Below, in pieces: positions 10,197 through 18,281 of a stretch of DNA of 35,111 nt (its first letter is position 1; the number at the start of each line of letters is the position of its first letter). Below the pieces are notes generated by a model. That model was not told where the DNA came from, did no database searches, and saw only the letters and a list, made by a program, of their open reading frames with translations. The position numbers and the translations under genes are program-made. Origin of the DNA: Gammaproteobacteria bacterium (lineage in GTDB: Bacteria > Pseudomonadota > Gammaproteobacteria > BMS3Bbin11); assembly GCA_036986095.1 (NCBI GenBank), contig BTQX01000003.1, positions 1-35,111 of the forward strand. Direction: 5' to 3'.

Positions 10197-11734
10197 TAGC
10201 CTGACTTTAACATCTCTTTTATTGGTATCTTAAAAGCGAACACCAGTGAAAAATAAACAACTGCTCCCGTCAAAATAAGAATAGTCAATCTACTGATACG
10301 TTCAAGTAAACCGGCATTTATCCATAGCTGAAGATCTCCTGCTCCATAATACAGGGCAACCCCCATGCCTATGCTTGCGATAAGCACCTTAATCAGAAAA
10401 AGCGGCCAGCCGGGCTGCAGATGTAAGACACCCTGCTTGCGTAATGTATAGTACAGCAGCCCGGAATTGACGTAGGCTGAAACTGTCAATGCCAGTGCCA
10501 GCCCCGTGTGGGCCAACGGCTTTATCAGTAGCAGACTAAAAACAATGTTCACGACGACCGAAATCACCGCGATCCTGGCCGGTGTTCGGGTATCCTGGCG
10601 AGCAAAAAAACCCGGAGAAAGCACCTTAATCAAAATCAGGCCAGGCAACCCCAGAGAAAAAGCAATCAGGCTTTTGCTCGCCATGCCGACATCCCAGGCA
10701 GTAAAAGCCTGATACTGGAATAAAGTCGCAAGCAGTGCCTCAGATAACAAGACCAGTGCAACGGAAGCCGGCAGGCCAATTAGCACGGCCCAGCGCAAAG
10801 CCCAGTCCAGTAATGCCGAAAATTCTTCTTTGCTTCTGGAGTGATGGGTATCAGACAAAGCTGGCAGGATAACCGTGGCCAGGGCAATACCGAAAATCCC
10901 TAATGGGAATTCCATCAAGCGGTCTGAATAGTACAGCCAGGTAACGCTGCCAGTCACCAGAAAAGATGCCAGGATGGTATTTATAAGCAGATTAATCTGT
11001 GCCGCAGAACTGCCGATGATGGCCGGAACCATCAATTTGCCGACCTTGCTTACCCCCTCATCCTGCCAGTTGATGCGAGGTAATACGAGTAAGTTCATCT
11101 GACACAATTTCGGGAACTGAAAGAATAACTGCACAAAACCGGCAAGCAACACACCCCACGCCAGGGCAACCGCTGAACCATCCATAAGAGGTGCTAACAA
11201 CAGCGCGGCTGCAATCATACTCAGGTTCAATAATACAGGCGTAAATGCAGGTATTATAAAATGGTGACTGGCATTCATGATGCCGCCTGACATGGCGACC
11301 AGCGAAATAAAAAGTAGATAGGGAAAAGTTATCCGCAACATGCTCACCGTGGTTGCAAACTTCTCGGGTTCGTCCAGAAAACCCGGCGCAAGTACGGTCA
11401 CAATCGCCGAGGACGCCAACACCCCGAGCAGAACAACTAACAAAAGGATCAGGCCCAGCGAGGCAGACATATGACTGATGAACACACGAATCGCCGCCTC
11501 ATCACTTCGATTGCGGTATTCACTTAATACCGGTACAAAAGCCTGTGAAAACGCCCCCTCAGCAAAAATCCTACGAAAGAAATTGGGTATACGGAAGGCC
11601 ACATAAAAGGCATCGGCTGCCAGGCTTGCACCGAATGAGGTTGCCAGCACGACATCACGTATCAGCCCTGAAATACGGGATATCAGGGTCATCGAACCCG
11701 TATTCAACGTGGATTTAACCAGTCCGCCAGTCAT
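10196..11734 (-). CDS. murJ: Lipid II flippase MurJ (MviN)
   Basis: SRISGLIRD, AFRIPNFFRRIFAEGAFSQAFVPVL, LYYSDRLMEFPLGIFGIA; divergent from rpsT. Confidence 0.97.
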   Translation of the reverse strand: MTGGLVKSTLNTGSMTLISRISGLIRDVVLATSFGASLAADAFYVAFRIPNFFRRIFAEGAFSQAFVPVLSEYRNRSDEAAIRVFISHMSASLGLILLLVVLLGVLASSAIVTVLAPGFLDEPEKFATTVSMLRITFPYLLFISLVAMSGGIMNASHHFIIPAFTPVLLNLSMIAAALLLAPLMDGSAVALAWGVLLAGFVQLFFQFPKLCQMNLLVLPRINWQDEGVSKVGKLMVPAIIGSSAAQINLLINTILASFLVTGSVTWLYYSDRLMEFPLGIFGIALATVILPALSDTHHSRSKEEFSALLDWALRWAVLIGLPASVALVLLSEALLATLFQYQAFTAWDVGMASKSLIAFSLGLPGLILIKVLSPGFFARQDTRTPARIAVISVVVNIVFSLLLIKPLAHTGLALALTVSAYVNSGLLYYTLRKQGVLHLQPGWPLFLIKVLIASIGMGVALYYGAGDLQLWINAGLLERISRLTILILTGAVVYFSLVFAFKIPIKEMLKSG

Positions 11735-11911
11735 TTCGATTGCGTGTCTGTTTGCATGATGGCGTAACGCTACCTGATGTCAGTATGCAAGGAAAGAAAA
11801 GAATCGATCGAGAACATAAATTACTATTGATCAGTAACCAGGGCGTAGCTAAAGAAGGGAATAATAGCGTCATCGAGATGCGTACATCAGCGGCTAAAAT
11901 CAGCTTTAAAC

Positions 11912-11940
11912 TTGACAAATCACCCAGAAACAAGGATATT
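11912..11940 (+). promoter_or_regulatory. Sigma70-type promoter of rpsT
   Basis: TTGACA (11912-11917), 17-nt spacer, GATATT (11935-11940), 44 nt upstream of the TTG start. Confidence 0.65.
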
Positions 11941-11984
11941 GCGCGGTTTTCTCAGACTCAGCCCTGTTCCTAGAGGATTAGACA

Positions 11985-12248
11985 TTGGCAAATTCACCTC
12001 AGGCGCGTAAACGTGCCCGTCAAAACACAGTACGCCGCACTCAGAACCACAGTATGCGTAGCATGATGCGTACCTATGTCAAGACCGTTTACGCAGCAAT
12101 CGAAAGCAATGATAAGGAGAAAGCCGTATCCGCTTACCATTCAGCAGTTTCTATTATTGATCGCAATGCCAAACGTGGCTTGCAGCATAAGAACAAGGCA
12201 GCGCGTTTGAAGAGTCATATGAATGCGCGTATTAAGGCAATGGCTTGA
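11985..12248 (+). CDS. rpsT: 30S ribosomal protein S20 (TTG start)
   Basis: MANSPQARKRARQ...RSMMRTYVK...HKNKAARLKS; GAGGA Shine-Dalgarno upstream. Confidence 0.97.
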   Translation: MANSPQARKRARQNTVRRTQNHSMRSMMRTYVKTVYAAIESNDKEKAVSAYHSAVSIIDRNAKRGLQHKNKAARLKSHMNARIKAMA

Positions 12249-12279
12249 GGGTTTGATCGAAATATCAAGAATTTTTGAG

Positions 12280-12307
12280 AGCCGGCCTATTGGTGGGCTT
12301 TTTTTTT
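12280..12307 (+). terminator. Probable intrinsic terminator of rpsT
   Basis: Imperfect stem AGCCGGCC-TATT-GGTGGGCT followed by a long T run. Confidence 0.6.
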
Positions 12308-12609
12308 ACTCGAGCACGTCTGTGGAATTGCCCTTATCTCAGACAGCACATCCCCGAAATCCCCAGTTCATCCTGCTCTTCCTGTATAATTGCCAATACA
12401 GGTAATTCACCTGGTTTTATTTAGATTCGCTATCTAAATAAAAAAGGGTATGGCAGACCGATGCGCTTCAGGTTCTCAAGAAACCGTGGTGGTGCAGCAA
12501 CGTTGCTAGTATAGAACGCTGTGCTATGGGGATTGGGTTTGAGATTTCCCGGCATGGTTCGAGTGGGCGCTTGTTTATCGTTGAACTGGTGATCATCTGG
12601 ATAATGCCA

Positions 12610-13150
12610 TCAGTTCACTGGATGTTTACGGAAGATGATGAAAGCACCGATGGTAAATTTATAGAATATTCAAAAGAACCTGACAAAAGGGAAAAATTTG
12701 ATCCTTCTCTTTATAAAGAAATAGCTGATCTATTAAAAAACAACAATAAAAGAAAAGTCAGCCGTATTGAAAACTCTACAATTTTAAATGGCTGTCATTA
12801 TTTTTCCAGTTTGGTTCCTGATCAAGCCGAAAGTCGAAAACATTGGCTCTCTTCATTACTAACCGCATCCCAAAAGTGCAACTTAATATTTTTAGACCCT
12901 GACATTTGTTTAGAAATAAAATCAAAACACTTATGGGCGTAAAAACTCATCAAAGTTTTTCATATTGGCATGAAGTCTCTACTCTTAGGTCAGCGGTAAA
13001 TCACTATTAATGTTTCAGCACTTAGAGAAAAACGAGAAACATTCATAAAGCGCATGTTAAAAATGCTCGGCGACAATACTAAAGGCTCAGTAGTTGAAAC
13101 ATTTTCAACATCTAATGTTGTATTTTTATTTGTACTTCAACCTGAATCGC
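12610..13150 (+). pseudogene. Decayed AT-rich gene with several frameshifts and no clear 5' end
   Basis: Protein-like text HWMFTEDDESTDGKFIEY...IFLDPD..LEIKSK continues across frame changes as YGRKNSSKF / YWHEVSTLRS / GKSLLMFQH / REKRETFIKRMLKML...SNVVFLFVLQPE. Confidence 0.65.
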
Positions 13151-13406
13151 AGGAGCCAGTTGCCAGAACGTTTGTCTAGAACGTAATAGAACAATTGGGA
13201 ATCAAGGCTAAATGACGATCTGTCCACCATGATGCGTACCTATACCAGATCAAGGAGCTGACATGTGCTTAGACCACCCATTTTGGTACCAAAAAAGAAC
13301 TTTTTAGCCAAAATATTGGCTGTTTTACGTCAAAATAGTATTTAATATCAACAGCCTGTCGTGGTCAGACCCCCAGGCTCCATGACCTGGAATCCTTTTT
13401 CAGGTT

Positions 13407-13856
13407 TTATGGCCTAATGTATGCATAACCCTGCATTTGCAATTCCATAATGCGAGCAACACCGGACGTGACAGTTTGGACACCTTCAAGAATAACGGGT
13501 TGTTTCCCTGATTTCTTCGTTACTTTCTTAATTGTATTCCCACATGCACTAAAGGCTATGTCTTGCATTGCCAGACTTTTCACTCTATCAGCCTGCTTGC
13601 TCTTCGTTGTCAATAACCCAAGACCAGGACCATAGGCCACAATCTCAATATCAATGTTATCTATACCATAGAGCTTTTGTAAGTTTACAGCATTATTCAA
13701 TGCTATTTTTTGAGTCCTGGGATCATCAGTGCTTACTTGAATTACTACCTTATGTTTAGCATTTTCTGCGGCATATACATTTCCAAAAAGAAATAGTGAC
13801 ATTAATACAATTAGACTTATATCTTTTACGATTTTACTCATTATTACATTCTCCAA
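13407..13856 (-). CDS. Exported DsrE/DsrF-like protein
   Basis: Signal peptide, KVVIQVSTDD, EIVAYGPGL, FSACGNT, SGVARIMELQMQGYAYIRP. Confidence 0.88.
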   Translation of the reverse strand: MENVIMSKIVKDISLIVLMSLFLFGNVYAAENAKHKVVIQVSTDDPRTQKIALNNAVNLQKLYGIDNIDIEIVAYGPGLGLLTTKSKQADRVKSLAMQDIAFSACGNTIKKVTKKSGKQPVILEGVQTVTSGVARIMELQMQGYAYIRP

Positions 13857-14176
13857 AAATCACCTCGGTATGATAAAGTAATCAGGTTTCGTAAGAGGTG
13901 AATTTACGAAACGTTACGCTCTGCGTTATCCCCACAAATTTAACTAAAAACCAGCTTAAAAACAAAGAGATAGACGCATACCGCATATTTTGATCGAATA
14001 ACAAAATGAAATATATGGTGCGTACATAAAATATATTAAATTATTACATAAAATCTTGTTAAAATCAGTACCTCAGAGGCAGAAAATTTGATACAAAGGA
14101 ATAATTAAGGGGAAAATGGAAAGGTTAAAGGGGAAAGGTCAAAATCTGGGTTATACAATGATCTATTTTGCTCTTC

Positions 14177-14232
14177 TGTAGGTGCGACAAATTCAAACAA
14201 TATCAAACTGTGCGAATGAATTCGCACCTACA
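14177..14232. repeat. GTAG-type REP pair with a degenerate left arm
   Basis: TGTAGGTGCGA ... GTGCGAATGAATTCGCACCTACA; the right arm is internally palindromic. Confidence 0.75.
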
Positions 14233-14286
14233 ATATTGTTCCCAAGTAAAAGTAGTTCAGTATCGGGGGTTCCTTTCCCCTGACCT

Positions 14287-14604
14287 TCAAGTGTAGTGTC
14301 GCATATGCTTACGCCGACGCCCCGGCTGCTGCGTAACCAGTCCTGTTACCATATGCATGCCAGCTATCTCTTCTTCATCATAGACCGGGTTTAGTGGGCG
14401 AAGAATATGGCTATCACCCTCAATAAATAACTGCCTGAAGATAAGGCCGTCATCGTTTTTTGCAACAACAAAGCTCGCATGAGTGACGACCCCTGCCGGG
14501 TCCACAACAATAACGCAACCATGTTTAAACTCTGGTTCCATACTGTCACCGTGTACTTGAAGCGCAAAGGGTTCCGCTTCGCTGCAGCTGCCTTCATCAA
14601 ACAT
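14287..14604 (-). CDS. Standalone peptidase S24-like (LexA/UmuD C-terminal fold) protein
   Basis: PFALQVHGDSMEPEFKHGCVIVVDP...FVVA...LIFRQL...LRPLNPVY; no HTH domain. Confidence 0.85.
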   Translation of the reverse strand: MFDEGSCSEAEPFALQVHGDSMEPEFKHGCVIVVDPAGVVTHASFVVAKNDDGLIFRQLFIEGDSHILRPLNPVYDEEEIAGMHMVTGLVTQQPGRRRKHMRHYT

Positions 14605-14737
14605 GGATCACTCCCCGGATAATATTTAAGCTGCAATTTTACCAGAAATTAGCATACAAACGAGCAATACCCTAAGAATCAAGCGGAAACATGCTAGAAT
14701 TCGCCTCCTGAAACACACGCAGCTCCCGACGACGAAC

Positions 14738-15976
14738 ATGCCCGAAAAACTCAAAAAGATTGCCCTTGAATACCATGAATTACCCAGGCCGGGGAAACTG
14801 GCAATTAAAATAACCAAGGCCACTGCCACACCGGAAGACCTTTCCCTGGCCTATACGCCGGGAGTCGCTATCCCGGTGCTGGAAATCAGGAATAACCCGG
14901 AAAATGCCTATCGTTACACCAGTAAGGGTAATCTGGTAGCCGTTATCACCGATGGTACCGCTGTGCTTGGGCTTGGTAATACTGGCGCGCTGGCCAGCAA
15001 ACCCGTCATGGAGGGTAAGGCTGTGTTGTTTAAGCGTTTTGCCGACATCGATGTATTTGATATAGAGGTAGATGCAGATAGCCCGGATGACTTTATCGAT
15101 ACCGTTACACGCATTGCAGGTGGTTTCGGTGGCATCAATCTTGAAGATATTGCTGCGCCACATTGTTTCTACATCGAACAGGAATTGTCCCGACGCCTGG
15201 ATATACCTGTCTTTCATGATGACCAGCACGGGACGGCGATTATTATTGCAGCCGGCATACTCAACGCACTGGAACTTCAGAAAAAGACCCTGCCCGATGC
15301 AAATATAGTTTGTCTGGGCGCGGGTGCAGCCGGCGTTGCTTCAATGAACCTGTTAATTAAGATGGGTGCAAAGCGTGAAAATATCCACATGGTTGACCGC
15401 CAGGGTATCATTCACGATCGGCGCGAAAATCTGACTGTGACCAAACAGGCATTTGCCATTAAGACGGAGAAGCGATCACTTGCAGATGCCTGTGAGGGTG
15501 CCGATATCTTTATCGGTGTGTCCGGTCCGGGTCTATTAAGCTGTGACATGTTACTGTGCATGGCGCCCCGCCCTATCGTCTTCGCGTTGTGCAACCCGGT
15601 GCCCGAGATACTACCGGAACTGGCCCATCAGACACGCAGTGATCTGGTGATAGCCACTGGCCGTAGCGACTATCCTAATCAGGTCAATAACGTCCTCGGC
15701 TTTCCTTTCATCTTCCGCGGCACACTGGATGTTCGTGCAGCCTGCATCAACACAGAAATGCACATCGCTGCCGCCCATGCACTGGCAGAACTTGGTAAAC
15801 AACCTGTTCCGCCTGAAATCGCTAAAATATACGGCTATGATTCGCTTGAATTCGGCCCTGATCACATCATCCCCAAGCCCTTCGACCCGCGTCTGATTGA
15901 TGTAGTGCCGAAGGCTGTTGCGCAGGCGGCTATTGATTCGGGGGTTGCGCGACTGGATCTGGTAAATAAGAAATAG
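14738..15976 (+). CDS. NAD(P)-dependent malic enzyme (MaeB N-terminal type, no PTA domain)
   Basis: DLSLAYTPGVA, TDGTAVLGLG, KPVMEGKAVLFK, FHDDQHGTA, GAGAAG, ATGRSDYPNQVNN. Confidence 0.93.
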   Translation: MPEKLKKIALEYHELPRPGKLAIKITKATATPEDLSLAYTPGVAIPVLEIRNNPENAYRYTSKGNLVAVITDGTAVLGLGNTGALASKPVMEGKAVLFKRFADIDVFDIEVDADSPDDFIDTVTRIAGGFGGINLEDIAAPHCFYIEQELSRRLDIPVFHDDQHGTAIIIAAGILNALELQKKTLPDANIVCLGAGAAGVASMNLLIKMGAKRENIHMVDRQGIIHDRRENLTVTKQAFAIKTEKRSLADACEGADIFIGVSGPGLLSCDMLLCMAPRPIVFALCNPVPEILPELAHQTRSDLVIATGRSDYPNQVNNVLGFPFIFRGTLDVRAACINTEMHIAAAHALAELGKQPVPPEIAKIYGYDSLEFGPDHIIPKPFDPRLIDVVPKAVAQAAIDSGVARLDLVNKK

Positions 15977-16106
15977 TTCCAAGTTCCAAGATCCAAGTTC
16001 CAAGTAAGATCAAAATCAGGCAATTTTCCTGCTTAGCACAGCTTCTTCGAGTGCGACAAGATTTTATGGTTTAAACTTGGAACTTGGAACTTGGATCTTG
16101 GAACTT
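15975..16106. repeat. Inverted heptamer arrays (AAGTTCC)n / (GGAACTT)n
   Basis: AGTTCCAAGTTCCAAGATCCAAGTTCCAAGT ... ACTTGGAACTTGGAACTTGGATCTTGGAACTT, about 70 nt apart. Confidence 0.9.
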
Positions 16107-16169
16107 CATCTCCCCTTTCCTCTCCAACTACTATAATATTAAATACAAGAACACAAAAGGAGACCTGCC

Positions 16170-17111
16170 ATGAACAAAATCGCAATCATCGGCGCCGGAC
16201 GCGTTGGGGAATCTACTGCCCAGTTTCTGGCGACTAGTGATATTTGCCGGGAAGTCGTCCTGACTGATATACGTGATGGTGCTGCGGCGGGTGCGGCACT
16301 GGATATTCAGGAATCGGCCTCTCTGTTTGGTTTTGATACTCGTCTGCGGGGTTCCAACGATAATAAAATAATCGAAGGTGCTGATATCATCATCGTCACA
16401 GCCGGCATCCCCCGTAAACCTGGTATGTCGCGTGCAGATGTCATGGAAACTAATGTAAGAGTGCTTGATGAAATTCTTGATGATGTACTGGAATACGCAC
16501 CGGATTCCATGTTGCTTCTTGTCAGTAACCCTGTTGATAGCCTCACCTACCATGCAATCAAGCGTACCGGCTGGGATAGAAACCGTGTGATGGGACAGGC
16601 AGGTGTGCTGGACTCTTCACGCATGGCTGCCTTCGTCGCACTGGAAACTGGTTTATCAGCAAAATATATCAATGCCATGGTGATGGGCGGGCACGGTGAT
16701 GCCATGGTTCCAATGATACGATTTACGACAATATCGGGCATCGCTATTGAGCATTTCCTGTCATCTGACAAGATTGATGAAATCATTCAACGCACCCGTA
16801 CAGGCGGTGCTGAAATTCTTGCCCTGAAAGGCAACAGCAGTGCTTATGGCGCGCCGGCAGCGGCCATTGCCGAGATGGTAGAAGCTATCGCATACAATAG
16901 AAAATCAGTCCTGCCCACGGTGGCCTATTTACAGGGCGAGTATGGTGAAGAAGATATTACCATCGGCGTGCCAGCAGTCCTTGGTGAGCGTGGAATGGAA
17001 AAGATAATTGAACTGGATCTGAATGAAACAGAACAAAACTTTTTCAACACCTCTGTCGATTCGATACGAAAAGAATTATCGACATTAAGTGATATAGTTA
17101 ATGAAGCTTGA
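16170..17111 (+). CDS. mdh: Malate dehydrogenase (LDH-like)
   Basis: IIGAGRVG, TAGIPRKPGMSR (Arg specificity loop of MDH), GVLDSSR, MGGHGD; AAGGAG Shine-Dalgarno. Confidence 0.93.
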   Translation: MNKIAIIGAGRVGESTAQFLATSDICREVVLTDIRDGAAAGAALDIQESASLFGFDTRLRGSNDNKIIEGADIIIVTAGIPRKPGMSRADVMETNVRVLDEILDDVLEYAPDSMLLLVSNPVDSLTYHAIKRTGWDRNRVMGQAGVLDSSRMAAFVALETGLSAKYINAMVMGGHGDAMVPMIRFTTISGIAIEHFLSSDKIDEIIQRTRTGGAEILALKGNSSAYGAPAAAIAEMVEAIAYNRKSVLPTVAYLQGEYGEEDITIGVPAVLGERGMEKIIELDLNETEQNFFNTSVDSIRKELSTLSDIVNEA

Positions 17112-17147
17112 AGATGGTCATAGTTTATGAGGGTACCACTGCCCTCG

Positions 17148-17213
17148 TGTAGGAGCGTCGCTCGGCGCGATTGTTATAGACGAAACCAAATCGCGCCGAG
17201 CGACGCTCCTACA
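17148..17213. repeat. GTAG-type REP doublet, perfect 25-bp inverted repeat
   Basis: TGTAGGAGCGTCGCTCGGCGCGATT (17148-17172) and AATCGCGCCGAGCGACGCTCCTACA (17189-17213), 16-nt spacer. Confidence 0.93.
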
Positions 17214-17299
17214 ATGCCGTATTGAACAGACATGTACCTTCTAAATATTCTAATATTATTGATAATAATCCAGTATTACTAAATTTATTAGAGACTCCC

Positions 17300-18115
17300 A
17301 TGAGTATTCAAATCAGTACATCCCGCATCACCCTGCCAGCCTTAAGAAAAATGAAGCAGGACAAGCAGCCCATAGTTGCCCTGACTGCCTACGACTACAG
17401 CTTTGCATGTCTACTGGATCAATCTGGGGTCGACATAATCCTGGTCGGTGATTCCCTCGGCATGGTCATACAGGGACATAAGACAACCATCCCTGTCAGC
17501 ATGGAGGATATGCTTTATCACACATCTATAGTCAGCAAAGGAGTCGAGAGAGCGCTGCTAATTATGGACATGCCCTTTATGAGTTATCTAAGTATTGAAC
17601 GTGCACTGGATAATGCCACTGATGCATTGCAGCAGGCTGGAGCGCATATGGTTAAACTGGAAGGAGGGCTGGATCAGATACCCATAGTAGAAGCTCTATC
17701 CAGCCATGAAATCCCGGTCTGCGCACATATTGGATTAAAGCCACAATCTATCTATAAAACTGGCAGCTACAGGGTTCAGGGACGTAGCGCACAGGCAGCC
17801 AAAAAAATGATTGAAGAGGCAGCAGTGTTAGAAAAGGCCGGTGCAGATATTCTCTTACTTGAGTGTGTACCGAAAATGCTGGCAGCAGAAATCACCGCCA
17901 GCACTGAAATACCGGTAATTGGAATTGGTGCCGGAAATGCCTGTGATGGACAGATTCTCGTTCTACACGATCTGCTAGGAATAACACCTGGCAAAGCACC
18001 CAGGTTTGCAAAAAACTTCATGCAGGATAGTCCAGATATTCAATCAGCTATCAAGACATATGCAGAGGATGTAAGAAGCAGGAAGTTTCCTGCTGAAGAA
18101 CACAGTTTTAGCTAA
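17300..18115 (+). CDS. panB: 3-methyl-2-oxobutanoate hydroxymethyltransferase
   Basis: LTAYDY, ILVGDSLGMV, VKLEGG, HIGLKPQ, IGIGAG, DGQILV. ATG at 17300 is preferred over the ORF-track start at 17222. Confidence 0.95.
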   Translation: MSIQISTSRITLPALRKMKQDKQPIVALTAYDYSFACLLDQSGVDIILVGDSLGMVIQGHKTTIPVSMEDMLYHTSIVSKGVERALLIMDMPFMSYLSIERALDNATDALQQAGAHMVKLEGGLDQIPIVEALSSHEIPVCAHIGLKPQSIYKTGSYRVQGRSAQAAKKMIEEAAVLEKAGADILLLECVPKMLAAEITASTEIPVIGIGAGNACDGQILVLHDLLGITPGKAPRFAKNFMQDSPDIQSAIKTYAEDVRSRKFPAEEHSFS

Positions 18116-18128
18116 AATAAACCAACTA

Positions 18129-18278
18129 TAGGAGCGTCGCTCGGCGCGATTGATCATTGATTAAGGACAAAGGACTAAAGACTAAAGACTAAAGACAATA
18201 AATTTAAAACTTCGTTATACTTTTCTTTAGTCCTTCGTCTCGTGCCTTTCGTCTCAACATCGCGCCGAGACGGTGCTA
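18129..18278. repeat. REP doublet enclosing inverted (AAAGACT)n heptamer arrays
   Basis: TAGGAGCGTCGCTCGGCGCGATT (identical to the 17150 arm), then AAGGACA AAGGACT AAAGACT AAAGACT AAAGAC ... CTTTAGT CCTTCGT CTCGTG CCTTTCGTCT, then a decayed arm ATCGCGCCGAG. Confidence 0.85.
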
Positions 18279-18281
18279 GAA

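Noticed and set aside
17222-17299. Extended panB N-terminus from the ORF track
   Set aside because: It is a TTG start in AT-rich intergenic DNA; ATG 17300 gives the normal PanB length.
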